Assembly (NCBI RefSeq): GCF_963921235.1 | Contig: NC_086097.1 | Span: 89,592,001 to 89,656,000, forward strand | Direction: 5' to 3' | Source of the DNA: Mobula hypostoma | Lineage: Eukaryota | DNA length: 64,000 nucleotides | Shown here: piece by piece, positions 11,521 to 23,886 of the stretch | Layout: each line of letters starts with the position of its first letter | Numbering within the stretch: the stretch's first letter is position 1 | Notes under the pieces: model-generated | Seen by the model: only the letters and a program-made list of their open reading frames with translations | Database searches by the model: none | Told to the model about the DNA's origin: nothing | Program-made: the position numbers and the translations under genes

Positions 11521-12194
11521 GTTTAAGAAGGGTATTGGTAAACTTAAAGGCATGAAGGCTGGATTTGAACTGGATGAAGCAGCAACACAAAGGTTCCATA
11601 AAGTATGTCCAGGGACTTACATACTACGTCCTAAGGTGGATGCTGAACTTCAGAGCTTGGAGGCATCCAGTATTGTCTCCAAGGCTGAGTGGAGCGATTG
11701 GCCATACCCATTGTCCTGGTGATCAAGAAAGGGAAGGCCGGAGATGTTCTTGTATGCAGGGACTTCAAAGTGAGCATCAACCTGGTGCTGCGTACTGTGC
11801 AGTATTCTCTGCCATGAATAGAAGACACTTTAATGTCTTTGGCAGGCACAGAGAGTCTTTCAAAGATTGACTTGTTACAAGCCTGTCTACAAATAGAGAT
11901 TCAGGAGTCAAGCAAGAGGTTCCTCTCAATCAACACTCACAAGGGACTGTGCAGCGTAATTGTCTCATCTTTGGCGAAGCATCAGCTCCAGCAACTTGGC
12001 AATGGACCAAGTGCTCCAAGATATCCCATGAACACAAAGTTACCTTGTTGACATCATCATGACAGGCAAGAATGATGATGAGCACCTCCAGAACCTTGGT
12101 AAAGTGCTAAGCAGGCTCGGTGAGTATGGCCTACGTGCAAAGAGAGAGAAATGTGAGCTTTTCAAGAGTGAAATCTCATATTGTGGACATGTCA

Positions 12195-12605
12195 GAACTC
12201 CCTAAAAGTTAACTTGCAGGTAGAGTCTGTGGTGAAGAAGGCAAATGCAAAGTTAGTATTCATTTCAAGATGTCTAGAATGCAAGAACAGGGCTGTGATG
12301 CTTAGGCCTTATAAGGCACAGCTGAGGCCTCACCTTGAGTAGTATGAATAGTTTTGGGCTCCTCATCTAAGAAAAGATGCTCTGGCATTGGAGAGGGCCC
12401 AGAGGAGGTTTGCAAAGATGATTCCAAGAACGAAAGGGTTATCATACAAAGATAGCTCTGGGTCTGTACTCGCTGGAGTTTAGAAGGATGAGGAGGGTTC
12501 TCATTGAAACCTTTCAAATGTTGAAAGACCTAGACAGAGTAGATGTGAAGAGGATGTTTCCCATTTTGGGGGAGCTTAGGACCAGAGGGCACAGCCTCAG
12601 GATCT
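12195..12605 (+). mobile_element. CR1 LINE ORF2 fragment
   Basis: Homologous to 23960-24370. Confidence 0.8.
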
Positions 12606-12699
12606 GACTCCAGTAATCCTCCAGGCACAAAAATTCAAAATGTTCATCAGCTTCTGCAAGAAGAGCACAAAGTAGATAAAATCACAAGAGTTAGGGTAG

Positions 12700-13350
12700 A
12701 CATCACATTGTTAGGGCAGACATCCCAGGGTGAAAGTGTCAAATACTATAGGGCATGGATATCATGTGAGAGGGAAAAAGTTTAAAGGGGATGAGTGAAG
12801 CAAGTTTCTTTCTATTGAGAGTGGTAGGTTCCTAGGAGGTACTGCTAGAGGCAGAAGCAGGTATGATAGCAACATTGAAGAGTCATTTAGACAGACACAC
12901 AAACATACAAAGAATAGAGTTAAAAGGACTATGTGCAGGTAGGTGTCCATGCTGTGCTATCCAGCAATACCTGTCCATTCTAAGCCCACTTTCCTGCATT
13001 AACTCCATGTCGCTCCATATATGTTCTGCTCATTCAGTCCTTGTCAAGCTGTTTCTTAACATTTTTAATGTTCCTACTTCTATCACCCCCTCCGGCAGCT
13101 CACTCCAGATATCAACTACTCTTTATGTGAAAATATTTATCCCTCCTTTAAACCTCCAGCCTCCCATCTTAACCTCATCCCCTCCAGTTTAGACACCTCT
13201 ACAATAGAAAACAGTCACCGACAATTCACTCTACCTATGCAGCTTGCAAATTTATATACTTCTTTCATGTCACCTCTCAGCCTTCTGGGAAACAGACATA
13301 CCCACTCTCTCCTGATAACATAAAGCCTGCAGTCCAGGTCACACCTTTAT
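12700..13350. mobile_element. two degraded CR1 3' fragments in opposite orientation (+ 12700-12960, - 12975-13350)
   Basis: Degenerate RGH..KVRG.KFKGD / FK..LDRH segments on each strand. Confidence 0.6.
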
Positions 13351-13549
13351 CCAGTCATTATAACTGCAAGCTCATTGGGATTTGTTTTGTACTAAAATGT
13401 GTTTTTGTTTGCTACTGTTTTATAAGTTTTGAATTACTTCAGGAAGGAGTCAGTATTGCCCTGTAACCAGGGCTTCTCCTGTCTGTGATAGTTGGAATGA
13501 GTGGGGTTGTTTCAGAGAGTGGTGGACGGTGGTGTTTTGGGACTAGTTG

Positions 13550-14165
13550 AATGGACATAAGAGCAATGCAGTTACGAAGAAGGCGTGGCAGCGGCTATAT
13601 ATCATTGGGTGTTTGAGGAGATTTGGTAGGTCGCCAAAGATACTTGTAAATTTCTGCAGATGTGCCGTGGAGAGCATTCTGTCTGGCTGCATCACCACCT
13701 GGTATGGGGAAGGGGGCACTGCGCAGGATCGGAATGAGCTGCCGAGAGTTGTAAACGTAGTCAGGTACATCATGGGCACTAGCCTCCAGAGTATCCAGGA
13801 CATCTTCAAGGAGCGATACCTCGAAAAAGCAGCATCCACCATTAAGGACCCCCATCACCCAGGACATCCCCTCTTCTCATTGCTACCATCAGGGAGGAGG
13901 TATGGGAGACTGAAGGCACTCACTCAGTGATTCAGGAACAGCTTCTTCCTCTCTGCAATCAGAGTTCTGAATGGACATCGAACCCATGAACACTACCACG
14001 CTACTTTTCTTTTTTTTCTCTTTTTGCTCTACTTATTTAATGTAACTTTAAAAAATATACTTACTGTAATTCACAGCTTTTATTATTATGTATTGCAATG
14101 TACTGCTGCCACATAACAACAAATTTCATGACAGTCTCCAGTGATATTAAATCTGATTCTGATTG
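13550..14165 (+). mobile_element. Rex/Babar-type LINE 3' fragment
   Basis: [52 protein letters not shown]; (TCTGAT)n tail. Confidence 0.88.
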
Positions 14166-14204
14166 TCAGATGTCCCAGCTATAGTTGAGGTGTTAAACAG
14201 GATA

Positions 14205-14505
14205 GTTTCCTTTATATTCTCATGTCTATAAATTTCCAGTTTTTATACTTTATGGGTCTATTGGTAAAGCCCAGGCTTGTATATGCTTTATTCACTCTTT
14301 TCTTATCCTGCCTTGCCACTTTCAATGATTTGTGTACACACTCTTCCAGGTCACTTTGCTCCTGCTTTCCTTTAGGAACAATGCTCTTTATTCTCAATTG
14401 CCTTTTCTCATTCTTCCCACCAAGATGCATCGTCTCCCATGTCCAGGCTTTAAACTTCATCCACCGCGCTCCTAAGCTTTCCACCAGCCTCTTTATGTCC
14501 AGCAT
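14205..14505 (-). mobile_element. degraded CR1 RT fragment
   Basis: DIKRL...W.MKF...MHLG.KN...DL...VHKSLKVARQ...VNKAY..LGF. Confidence 0.7.
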
Positions 14506-15267
14506 GCAAATCTAACGTTAACATCTTTGCAGTTCACAGTTTGGACACTTTTTGTGTCAACAGGGATAAAGTTATCTAATGTTTCCAGGTATAATGATGC
14601 GATATGCAGGATGAAGTTTTCTCTATACTCCAAATATAGGAGTTCAGACACTGAGTCCATTTTGCCCCATGCTCCCAGTTGTAAGTGAACTCCCCTCTGC
14701 TTTCTCGAGAACGATGAGATGAGTGTAAGGAGTGCAATGGGTGGCAGTGGGGTTTGGGGATTAGTTAAGAGTCTGAGCCAGTCTATCTCTAATAGGATAA
14801 AATTGAAGCCATTCTTCTTTATCACTCTGCATGGAAGTTAAACTGTTTATTATTTGTGATTGTCTTTGGACAGAGTACTGGCAAACTGTGACTTAATCCT
14901 GGCTGGATCAGCAAGAATGGGTGAGAAGGGGCCTCACTAAAAATCCCAGGGAAGCTCAAGGACTGGAAACAGTCCCATTTGGCTGGCAGACTGGTAACAG
15001 ACAACAATAATGGAGCTCATTAGATTGATAGTAATCTGCTGTCTCTGGACTCTGATCAAATCAGGCGCTGGTGACTGAGTCAGTCTAAACATCCAGGACT
15101 AATTACAGGCATCTAAGATTCTCTATTAACCCAGAGCAGGACAGAGTCACCGCAGATGAGTTTCCACCAACTCCATTTTAAAGGCCTGCAGCCCCAAGTC
15201 AACAGATCTCAGGTGAATGAACCACATAAATTTAGAGTGCATTCCACAGTGTGGTGACATGTATGTA

Positions 15268-15360
15268 ATTATACTCCTCACTGAGAGATTATACAGTGTT
15301 GTGTGATTATACCCTTCACTGTGTCATTATACAGTGTTGTGTGATGATACCCCTCACTAT
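15268..15360. repeat. short tandem repeat, about 38-bp unit, about 2.5 copies
   Basis: attatacagtgttgtgtgat.atacc..tcact repeated. Confidence 0.7.
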
Positions 15361-15634
15361 TTGGCACAGATGATTTAATTCTCTGAGACTATGTGCAGTC
15401 TTTCCACATGGTTCCCAACAAATCTCTCTACAGATCAGTCTAGAAATATTCCCGTTATCTCCATTATGATAAGAAACTAGGAAGTGTGAAGCAGTGAGTG
15501 ATGCTGCCAGTTCGAATGAAGATTGTGTGTCTTAGCAAGCAGTTCAATAAAAGTAATTTTGCAGATTAAATAAAATAATCTAAAGGAGAATGGGGGCGGG
15601 GGAGGGGCTGGAGTCTTTATTAGAGGCCCAGTGT

Positions 15635-16175
15635 CTCTCAGTGGCCAATTTATTAGGTACAGGAGTGGATTCTGGTTTGGTCTTCTGCTGCTGTGGGTTT
15701 GACAGGTTATACATTCAGAGGTGCTCCTCTCCACACCACTGTTGTTAGACGTGATTATTTGAGTTACTGTCACCTTCCTGTCAGTTTGAACCAGTCTGGT
15801 CATTCTCCTCTGACCTCTCTCATTAACAAGGTGTTTTCACCTACAGAGCTGTCACTCAGTGGATGTTTTTTTTCTGTTTTTTTTTTGCACCATCCTCTGT
15901 AAACTCTAGACACTGTTGTATGTGGAAAATCCCAGAAGATCAGCAGTTTCTGAGATACTCAAACCACCCCATCCAGTACCGACAATCATTTCATGGTTAA
16001 AGTTACTTAGATCACAGCTCTCCCCCATTCTAATGTTTGGTCTGAACAAGAACTGAACCACTTGACCTTGTCTGCATCCTTTTATGCATTAAGGTGCTGC
16101 CACGTAATTGGCTGACTAGATAGTTGCATTAACGAGCAGGTGTACAGGTGTACCTAATAAAGTGGCCGCTGATTG
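15635..16175 (-). mobile_element. non-autonomous Tc1 element
   Basis: TIRs ctcagtggccaatttattaggtaca / tgtacctaataaagtggccgctga; transposase N-terminal remnant RLVQTDRKVTVTQI..N.GV..S.SE. Confidence 0.8.
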
Positions 16176-16519
16176 TACGTTGTGTAGGTAGAACGTGATG
16201 CCATTCTATTCTGATTTGAAGTTTGTGCTACCATTTAAAACTCAGAAGTGGTGCACTACTTAATTAATATATTTATATATTTCTTATTGTAATTCATAGT
16301 ATATTTTGAGTATTGCTCTGTCCTGTGGCTGTAAAATACAAATTTCATGACTTATGTTAGTGATCGTAAATCTGATTCTGATAGCATCTTCCATACTCCC
16401 TACACAATCAAGATGTGCTAAACTGCAGGAAGAGTCACTCATAGAAAGGAATCGCCAATTACTTGTTAATTAGAGGTTAATTTCTCCTGCATGTTGCTAT
16501 AAAAGTGTTTGATACTTTC

Positions 16520-17022
16520 TACGATGGATGAATGATAAGTTTGTGGCCTAAGGTAGAAGGAGTCAATTTTAGAAAGCCTAGCACATTTATTTTTCAACAT
16601 AGTCCCCTCCTACATTTAGACAATTAGTCCAGTGGTCGTGGAGCATACGGATCCCTTCTTTGTAGAAGTCGGCGTCTTGGACCTCCAGCAAGTGGTCCAC
16701 AGCAGGGGTGATTGATAAGTTCGTGGCCTAAGATAGAAGGAGATGAGTTATACATCTCTCGTTACATGCACGTGCAGTTCAACTCTTTGAGTAACAATGC
16801 AGAAAGCTTGAAGTTAATAACTCATCTCCTTCTACTGTGGGCCATGAACTTATCAATCACCCCTGTGTGGACACTTTCTGGAGGTCCAAGATCCGTATGC
16901 TCCACGACCGCTGGACTAAATGTGTAAATGTAGGCGGGGACCATGTTGAAAAATAAATGTGCTAGGTTTTCTCAAATTGACTTCTTCTACCTTAAGCCAC
17001 AAACTTATCAATCATCCCTCCT
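16520..17022. mobile_element. mariner-type palindromic MITE
   Basis: Arms of about 140 bp, tacga.gg.tga.tgataagtttgtggcctaaggtagaagg / cttctaccttaagccacaaacttatcaatcatccctc; second internal TIR pair at about 16703-16865. Confidence 0.8.
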
Positions 17023-17761
17023 CCAGTTGGACCCAGCTCTTCAAGTTTGGGAGGTGCTATGGGACTCTGCCAATGCATTGGTGTTATAAAAGTAGCAATG
17101 GCATAGAAGATTGCCTGGATTGAAAAGCAAGCAGAGAGTTTCTGGATGTGAGAATAGGAGTAATGGATAAAAAGCTCTCAGCAGAAAAGGCTATTTTCTC
17201 AGTATGCCCAGCAGGCAACTCCAATTGAAGTTCAAGGTATATAGTTCAAGGAGGCAGCTCAGCACCACATTTGAAGGACAATTAGGAATGGACAATTGTT
17301 AGCTCATCCTACAAAACCGGCACCCCTTGAATGAATATAACAGAATCTCTCTGAAGGACAATCTGCTTTCAGTAGGAAATTTTTCATTGAGATTTGCCTC
17401 ATCTGCATTTCCATTTGCACACTCAGAGCAGCAGGGCAAGGACGGCATTGTTAAGGTGGCAGCAGTAATGAATAATTGCTTGGCAGGCTCTTTCCAAGAT
17501 GGAGATGGAAGCATTTACAGTATCTTTCCCTTCTCTGTCCACTAATTTGACTGGATAAGGAGGAGAATGAAAAGCAGTAAGATGAAGAAGAGAGGAAAGC
17601 TCCTCTAATGCCTGTGAATCAATAATTTAAGTTAGCACCAGTGGCCACAGCCTTGGTTGCACCTCCATAATTTTCTTCAGAGTTGCAAGAGCAGGAAGGG
17701 TTGGCAGATTTCTGCCAGGATGGACAGCAGTAGATTAGATGGGGTTAAAGTAATCTGGAGT

Positions 17762-18048
17762 ACTGGCACAGTAGCGTAAGGGTTAGCGTAATAAATTTGT
17801 ACGTTCTCCCCATTACTGTATGGGTTTCCTCCAGGTGGTCCGGTTTCCTCCCACATTCCAAAGGTGTACGCTCAGAGTTAGGGTCAGTAAGTTGTAGACA
17901 AGTTATGCTAGCGCTAGAGGTGTAGCGACATTTGCGGGCTGTCCCCAGCACATCTTCGGATTGCACCGTTGACGCAAATGACATATTTCATGATTTCTTT
18001 CAATGTTTTGATGTATGAGTGACAAATAAAGCTAATCTTTAACCTTTA
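17762..18048 (+). mobile_element. tRNA-derived V-domain SINE
   Basis: A-box-like tggcacagtagcgtaagggttagc; core gggtttcctcc.ggtg.tccggtttcctcccacattccaaag; aataaa tail. Confidence 0.8.
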
Positions 18049-18174
18049 ATGTATTTAGATTTATATTACTCTAAATGAGTAAAGGAACAGGAATGAGCCA
18101 GATAGCACCAAGACCTGCTCTAAAATATGTAGGTGATCTGAACTTAACCTCAACTCTGCTTTCCTGCCTATACC

Positions 18175-18345
18175 TTACTTTCCATTTTTCTATTTTCTAT
18201 TTATGATTTATAATTTAGATTTTTAATATTTATGATCGATTTGTAATCCAGGGAACAGGAAGCGCAGAATCAGATATCATTATGACGATTGTACGTTTTA
18301 GTATCAATTGTTTAGCGACAATAAAGTAAAGTAAAGTAAGTAAAG
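18175..18345 (+). mobile_element. LINE 3' tail ending in (TAAAG)n
   Basis: aataaagtaaagtaaagtaag terminal repeat. Confidence 0.5.
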
Positions 18346-18979
18346 TATTCCCCATTCCCAAAGCATTGACTCCTTTGTAATCCAACAAATGAAACAATTT
18401 ATCAGCTCAAACCACATGAATTTAATTCCCCAACTACTGTGGTGGGATTTTAATTCGTTCCACTGTATTAAAATCTTGGACTTTGGGATATTAGATATTA
18501 AATCATGGAGACATAAATTAGTTATCTTCTTATAGTCCTTGGCACCTGCCTTGTGTGCCCTAGTCCCAATGCTTTGATAGAGTGCTGCTAGACTGTGTGG
18601 TGGAGGAGAGAGTGGATGGCCTGACTCATAGAAGCGCTTGGGGCTTGGAAGGCCCATTGCAGGCAGCACTTTCTCAGATTACGTGATAGCAATATTGTCA
18701 TTTAACCTGACGAGAATTAGAGTGACACAATCGCACAGCTACCAGTGCCATTGCCTTGCAGGGACAGAGAGACCTTGGTCCAATCCCGATTTTGGATTCT
18801 GTTTGGTTGTAGTTTGCACACGTTCTCTCATAATTACATGGGTTTCCTCCGGATGCTCCAGCTTGCTTCATTAGATATTCGCACAGAGATGTGTAGACTG
18901 TAGGTTAACTGGAAGTTAGGATGTGTGATTACATACATTTCCCGCTAGTTACAGTAGTTCCTGCTGTCTCCTGCCTATA

Positions 18980-19590
18980 AGGAAGGCGAATGCAATGTCA
19001 GCATTCTTTTCGAGAGGACTAGAATATAAAAGCAAAGATGTAATACTGAGGCTGTATGAGGCACTGGTGAGGCCTCATGAAGTATTGTGAACAGTTTTGG
19101 GCCCTTTATTTAAGAAAGGATGTGCTGACATTAGAGAAGGTTCAGAGGAGTTTTATGAGAATGACAGAGTTATCACATGAGCAGCGATTGAAGGCTCTGG
19201 GCCTGTACTCGCTGGAATTTAAAAGAATGAGGGGGAGGATCTCACTGAAACCTTTCGAATGTTGAAAGGTCTAGATAGAGTGGATGTGAAGAGGTGGTTT
19301 CCTTCGTTAGGGGCATCTAGGGCCAGAGTGCACCGCCTCAAAATAGAGGAACATCAATTTAGAACAGAGATGTGAAGGGATTTCTTTAGCCAGAGTGTGG
19401 TGAATCTGTGGAATTCATTGCCACAGTCAGTTGTGGAGGCCAGGTCACTGGGTGTATCTAAGGTGGACATTGATAGGTTCTTGATTAGTCAGGGCATGAA
19501 AGGTTATGGAGAGAAGGAAGGAGAGGGAAATGGATCAGTCATGACTTGATGGGCTGAATGGCCTAATTCTGCTCCTGTGTCTTATGGCCT
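18980..19590 (+). mobile_element. CR1 LINE 3' fragment
   Basis: YCEQFWALYLRKDVLTLEKVQR..LGLYSLEFKRMRG; tail gggctgaatggcctaattctgctcct. Confidence 0.88.
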
Positions 19591-19729
19591 TGTTCTCTGT
19601 GTCCTCCTGTAGAAAAAGAGAGTGAGAAGTGTACCAGAAGCAATCAACATCCATCTCCAACAAGAGAGAGTCTAACCAGCTCCCTATAACACTCAGCAGT
19701 ATCACCTTTGCCAAGTCCACAATTCACTC

Positions 19730-21010
19730 AATGTAGCATCACAGTTGGAGAGGGTGGCAAAGAAGATATATGGCATCCTTGCTTTCATAGGTCAGGTTGG
19801 GACATTATGTTGCAACTTAAGAAAACAATGAAGAAGGCTTGGGGGTGATGACCTGATAGAAGTATGTAAGATTAAGAAGGGCATAGATTGGGTAGATAGT
19901 CAAATCTTTTATCTTATGGTAGGTATATCAAAAACCAGAGGGCATCAGTTTAAGGTGAGAGGAAGAAGAGGAAGTGCGTATCAAGAACGGAGACGGAGGT
20001 GGAGTTAAGATGGCACTAAGTGGAGACTCCTTTGCTTGCATCTTCAAGAACAGCTTATTTCCATCTTTAATACCTTTATTTTTCCCTTTCAGGGTTCTTT
20101 TCAAGACCCTGACCTGGAGTTACACGTTGACTTCGGTTCTTTGCGGGAATGGGACTCGTCCTCGGGGTTTCAGGACCGGCTGGTGTTCGGCACGCCAAGG
20201 GGTCAGCCTGAGAGGCGGCCTAGTGTTTGGAAGCTTAAGATCTCGGGGCTCTGGAGAAGGGTGGATTGAGGGTCGGTGTCACAGCGGGCGACTTGTGTGT
20301 CGTTGAGGAGGCCAGAAAATCTTTTGCTGTGGCTCTGTAGACCCGAGATCTTTGTGATCTTCGGGCACAGAGCTCGTAAAAAGCGACAAAACGGACTTTT
20401 TAACATCGTAAGCCCCCAGGTTGTTGTTATGTCTCCTGCTCGCTGTGAAAATGGGGGACACCTCCCTCTCCCTTAGTAGGGAGACAGAACCTGTGGGTTG
20501 CTGAATGCCAGCTGAAATGCGATAGTCTTTTGGGTAACTGCAAGGTCTGTGTCTTTGCTAACGCTTAGCTCACACTTGGTCCAGTAGTGGGTGCGCTTCT
20601 TGTTTTGCCGGTGGGGGAAAGGGGGGATTGTTGCTCACTGCTGCTTACGCGCAGGAGAGGGGAGCTGGCGGGGGGACTTTGGGGTTCTCACATATAGCTG
20701 TCATTCATTCTTTGGGCACTTCTCTGTTTTTGTGGATGTTTTGTGAATAAAAGCATTTCAGGATGTATATTGTATACATCTCTCTGACATTAAATTGAAC
20801 TTTTGAACCTTTGAATGGGGGTTAGCTGGACTCACTGCTGGAGTAGGCAGTGAGTCGATACAATTACTGTGTTTTGGATGCATTTAGAGAGACACTTAAG
20901 TAGGCAAGGCATAGAAGGATACGATCCCAATGCAGGCAAGTAGGATTACCATAGCTGGACCATGAGGTCAGCTTGGATGTGCTGAGCTGTAGGGCCTGTT
21001 CCCATACTGT
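19730..21010 (+). mobile_element. degraded CR1 3' fragment split by the 19975-20815 insertion
   Basis: TRGH.FKVRG at 19935-19965; CR1 tail resumes at 20820-21010. Confidence 0.6.
19975..20815 (+). mobile_element. non-coding, non-autonomous retroelement with Rex-type 3' tail
   Basis: 5' aagatggc motif, CpG-rich body, tail ctgacattaaattgaacttttgaacctttgaa. Confidence 0.6.
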
Positions 21011-21339
21011 AGAATACCTTGACCCAGCCACTCGTTAACTGTGTTGGCTCTAAGATCCTGTCAGTAAATGGGTTTCCCGCTTGGAGAGACTCATGTCTTG
21101 ACTCCACCGAATGTTTCCATCAGTGACCAAAAGTGAGTCAGGGTTGTGATAGGATCCTCCCTCACTGTCAGGATGAGTGCAGTTCTAACAACACTCAACA
21201 GCAATGACAAAGCAGCTTGTTTGATTGGCACCCAGTACTTCCTCCCTCAGCCGTAGTGTGTGCCACTTACTCAACCAGTCTTCCAGTACACACCCAACAC
21301 CTCACCTTATAGGGAGACACAGCAGGGAAGCAGACGCTT

Positions 21340-22030
21340 CAGGACACCAAGCTCTCACAACCATTACGTACACATTTATAATAATCCTTCATTCATCTAA
21401 TTCATCCTACCTCTTTCAACTTGCCCCAGATCCTACACTCCACCCACAAAATTGTGGCCACAGTTAACCTCCTGACCACATCTTTGGGATACGAGAGGAA
21501 GCTGGAGCCTCCAGTCACTGGGAGAACATGCAAACTCCATATAGACAGCACCCAAGGAACATGCAGACTCCGTGTAGACAGCACCCGAGGAACATACAGA
21601 CTCTGTATAGACAGCACCCAAGGAACATGCAAACTCCACATGGACAGCACCCAAGGAACATGCAGACTCCGTATAGGCAGCACCCGAGGAACATGCAAAC
21701 TCCACATGGACAGCACCCGAGGAACATGCAGACTCTATATAGACAGCACCCAAGGAACAATCAGACTCCGTGTAGACAGCACCCGAGGAACATGTAGACT
21801 CCGTATAGACAGCACCCAAGGAACATGCAGACTCCATACAGACAGCACCCAAGGAACAATCAGACTCCGTAGAGACAGCACTTGAGGAACATGCAGACTC
21901 CGTACAGACAGCACCCGAGGAACATGCAGACCCCGTACAGACAGCACCCGAGGAACATGCAGACTCCACATAGACAGCACCCGAGGTCTGCATTGAACTT
22001 GAGTCTTTGGCATGGCGGTATAGAGGTTCT
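21340..22030 (-). mobile_element. V-domain SINE (with LINE-type tail) hosting a 33-bp tandem array
   Basis: Reverse-strand SINE core (tctttgggatacgagaggaagctggagc..ggagaacatgcaaactcc); B-box-like agttcaatgc at about 21990-22000. Confidence 0.75.
21523..21984. repeat. minisatellite, 14 x 33 bp (GGAACATGCAGACTCCGTATAGACAGCACCCRA)
   Basis: Units start every 33 bp from 21523 to 21952, with no unique spacers. Confidence 0.95.
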
Positions 22031-22552
22031 ACAGATGTGCCTCTGTACCACCCTTTCCATCTGTGCATTGTGTGACCTCGGCTCTTTAAGTTTGCTATAG
22101 CTGGGAGCCAAACTCCACACAGGATGTAGGTCAGAATTGAGTGCATGTCTCTGGGTCTGTGAGACCGTCACTGCAGCACTAAGCTGCCTGTCCCGCTGAG
22201 AGTTTCCAGCATCTTCTGTCTGAATGTCCCTAACAACGTTTGGGTAATCTGATAGAAGAACTAGAGCAGTGAGTGCTCAAGGGAACCACGACTTGTACAC
22301 CATCAACCTGGCCCAAAGCAATTGAAATACTAGCTGCACTTTTGTGGGATACATTAATGACTGTGTGCTATTTCTTGTCCTAGATCTCTACTGCACCCTA
22401 CCCCCATTGGAAAGCAGCTGACATGTTAGTGGAGGAGACTTCTCTTCAATGAATGGAGGCCTCTTGATTTCCCCAGACGCTGGTCCCTTTCTGCACTGGT
22501 GGAACTCCTGGCCTTCAGGCGGATGGATGGCCTTGCTAGGGTCGATGATGTG

Positions 22553-22660
22553 ACACACACACAAACTGCTGGAGGAACTCAGCAGGTCAGGCAGCATCTA
22601 TGGAGAGGAATAAACTCTCTTTCGGGCGGAGACCCTTCATGAGGACTTGCCTTCATCAGA
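22553..22660 (-). mobile_element. Penelope terminal-repeat (pLTR) fragment with mutated hammerhead motif
   Basis: Minus strand gtcc-tcatga-agggtctccgccc-gaaa..gatgctgcctgacctgctgagttcctccagca. Confidence 0.75.
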
Positions 22661-23791
22661 TGAACCAGCCCACCTCTACAACTGGATAGTGGAGACCTAC
22701 GGCTCAGGGAGACCATCTGGTTTGTTCTGGTTCTCAGGGACAGTGGGGTTGAGGGGGATAATGCGGGGAGAAGTGTAAAATCTCCTGAGAGCTTTAGCAA
22801 CTTACTTTCAAGATCTGCAGTGCCATATTCGGTACCTCATTAAGGAGGCTCCTGTTTACACCCATAACACTCTATCAAATGTGTTGATTCTCACCAGCTT
22901 TCTCTATGTATGATCACCAAAACCCTAAACATGTCTCTCTCACGGCTCTCTGAAAATAAAACCTTTGTCATTATCATGCTCCTTTTAAACAATACAGCAC
23001 CTCAGTTTGTACAAACAATAAATCCCTCCGTTTGTCTCGCACTAGACTGTCTTTATATAATTCAGTCCCTGAACACCTTGATGTCTCCCCCAGGTCTCTG
23101 CATAAAATATAACCACCAAGCCACGAGACTTGTGTCTTCCCCAGTTCTGTGTATATACTATAACCACCAAACCACATGATGTGTGTCTCCACTCTAGCTC
23201 TGTCTATAAGCCTGAACCTCGCAAGGCCTCTCCTCCAGCACTGAAAGTGGCCTCATATTTTGCTTAACCCTAGAACTGTGAAGCAAAGCCCCTCCCATAG
23301 ATCCTTCTGCATAATATTAATTCTAATTCCCCCTTTACATATCCTCCCCAGCGCCATGTATACAGTGTCACTCCTGAACTCTTCGATGGGTCTCCACGGG
23401 CTCTCTGTATATACTGTAACCTCCAGCCCATCAGCCTTGCTCACTCCCAGTTTTCTGGATATGATATTCAATCATTAAATTACTCTATGTGAGGCCCTTG
23501 TGGCATTCTGAGACTGAGGCCATTGTACCTTTCAATCTGTCTATCTCTCAGCTGTCTATGTAAAAACTATGAACACCTCTCCCCCAGCTCTATATATAAT
23601 CCCTGAAGCCTTTGATGTTGAAATGATACAAAGATAGGTGGAGGAGCAGGTAATGCTGAGGAAACAGAAAGCCTGCAGAGAGACTTAGATAGTTTAGGGG
23701 AATGGGCAAAGGAGTGGTAAATAAAATACAATGTTGGAAAGTGTATGGCCATGCTCTTTGGTGGAAGAAATAAATGGGCAGACTATTGTTT

Positions 23792-23886
23792 AGCAACACA
23801 CATAAAAGTTGCTGGTGAACGTTCACCAGCAACTTTTATGTGTGTTGCTTGAAATTGCAGCATCTGCAGGTTTCCTCGTGTTTGCA
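23792..23886 (+). mobile_element. 95-bp Penelope pLTR-end hairpin insertion
   Basis: Perfect 58-bp palindrome 23792-23849; 12-bp TSD agactattgttt (23780-23791, 23887-23898); sequence matches the PLE end at 57615-57640. Confidence 0.85.

Larger units (their letters stand above)
7138..12194 (+). mobile_element. decayed Ty3/Gypsy (Mag-like) LTR retrotransposon: gag, protease and RT; 3' half missing; interrupted by nested insertions
   Basis: gag KPLVIAERFRFHK and zinc knuckle CYQCGKSSHDSNHC (7530-8210); protease VELDISSALSII (10590-10900); RT DFKVSIN, SKIDL..A.LQI, INTHKGL, LVDII.TG..D.EHLQNL, KCELFK...YCGH (11521-12194). Confidence 0.88.

Noticed and set aside
17762..17800. tRNA gene
   Set aside because: Only an A-box-like SINE head is present; there is no cloverleaf
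21523..21984. CRISPR-like array
   Set aside because: Units are contiguous 33-bp tandem copies with no unique spacers, derive from a SINE, have no cas genes nearby, and lie in vertebrate DNA
21433..22146. 237-aa Cys/Ser-rich repeat protein
   Set aside because: The ORF is a by-product of the 33-bp period; several frames on both strands are open
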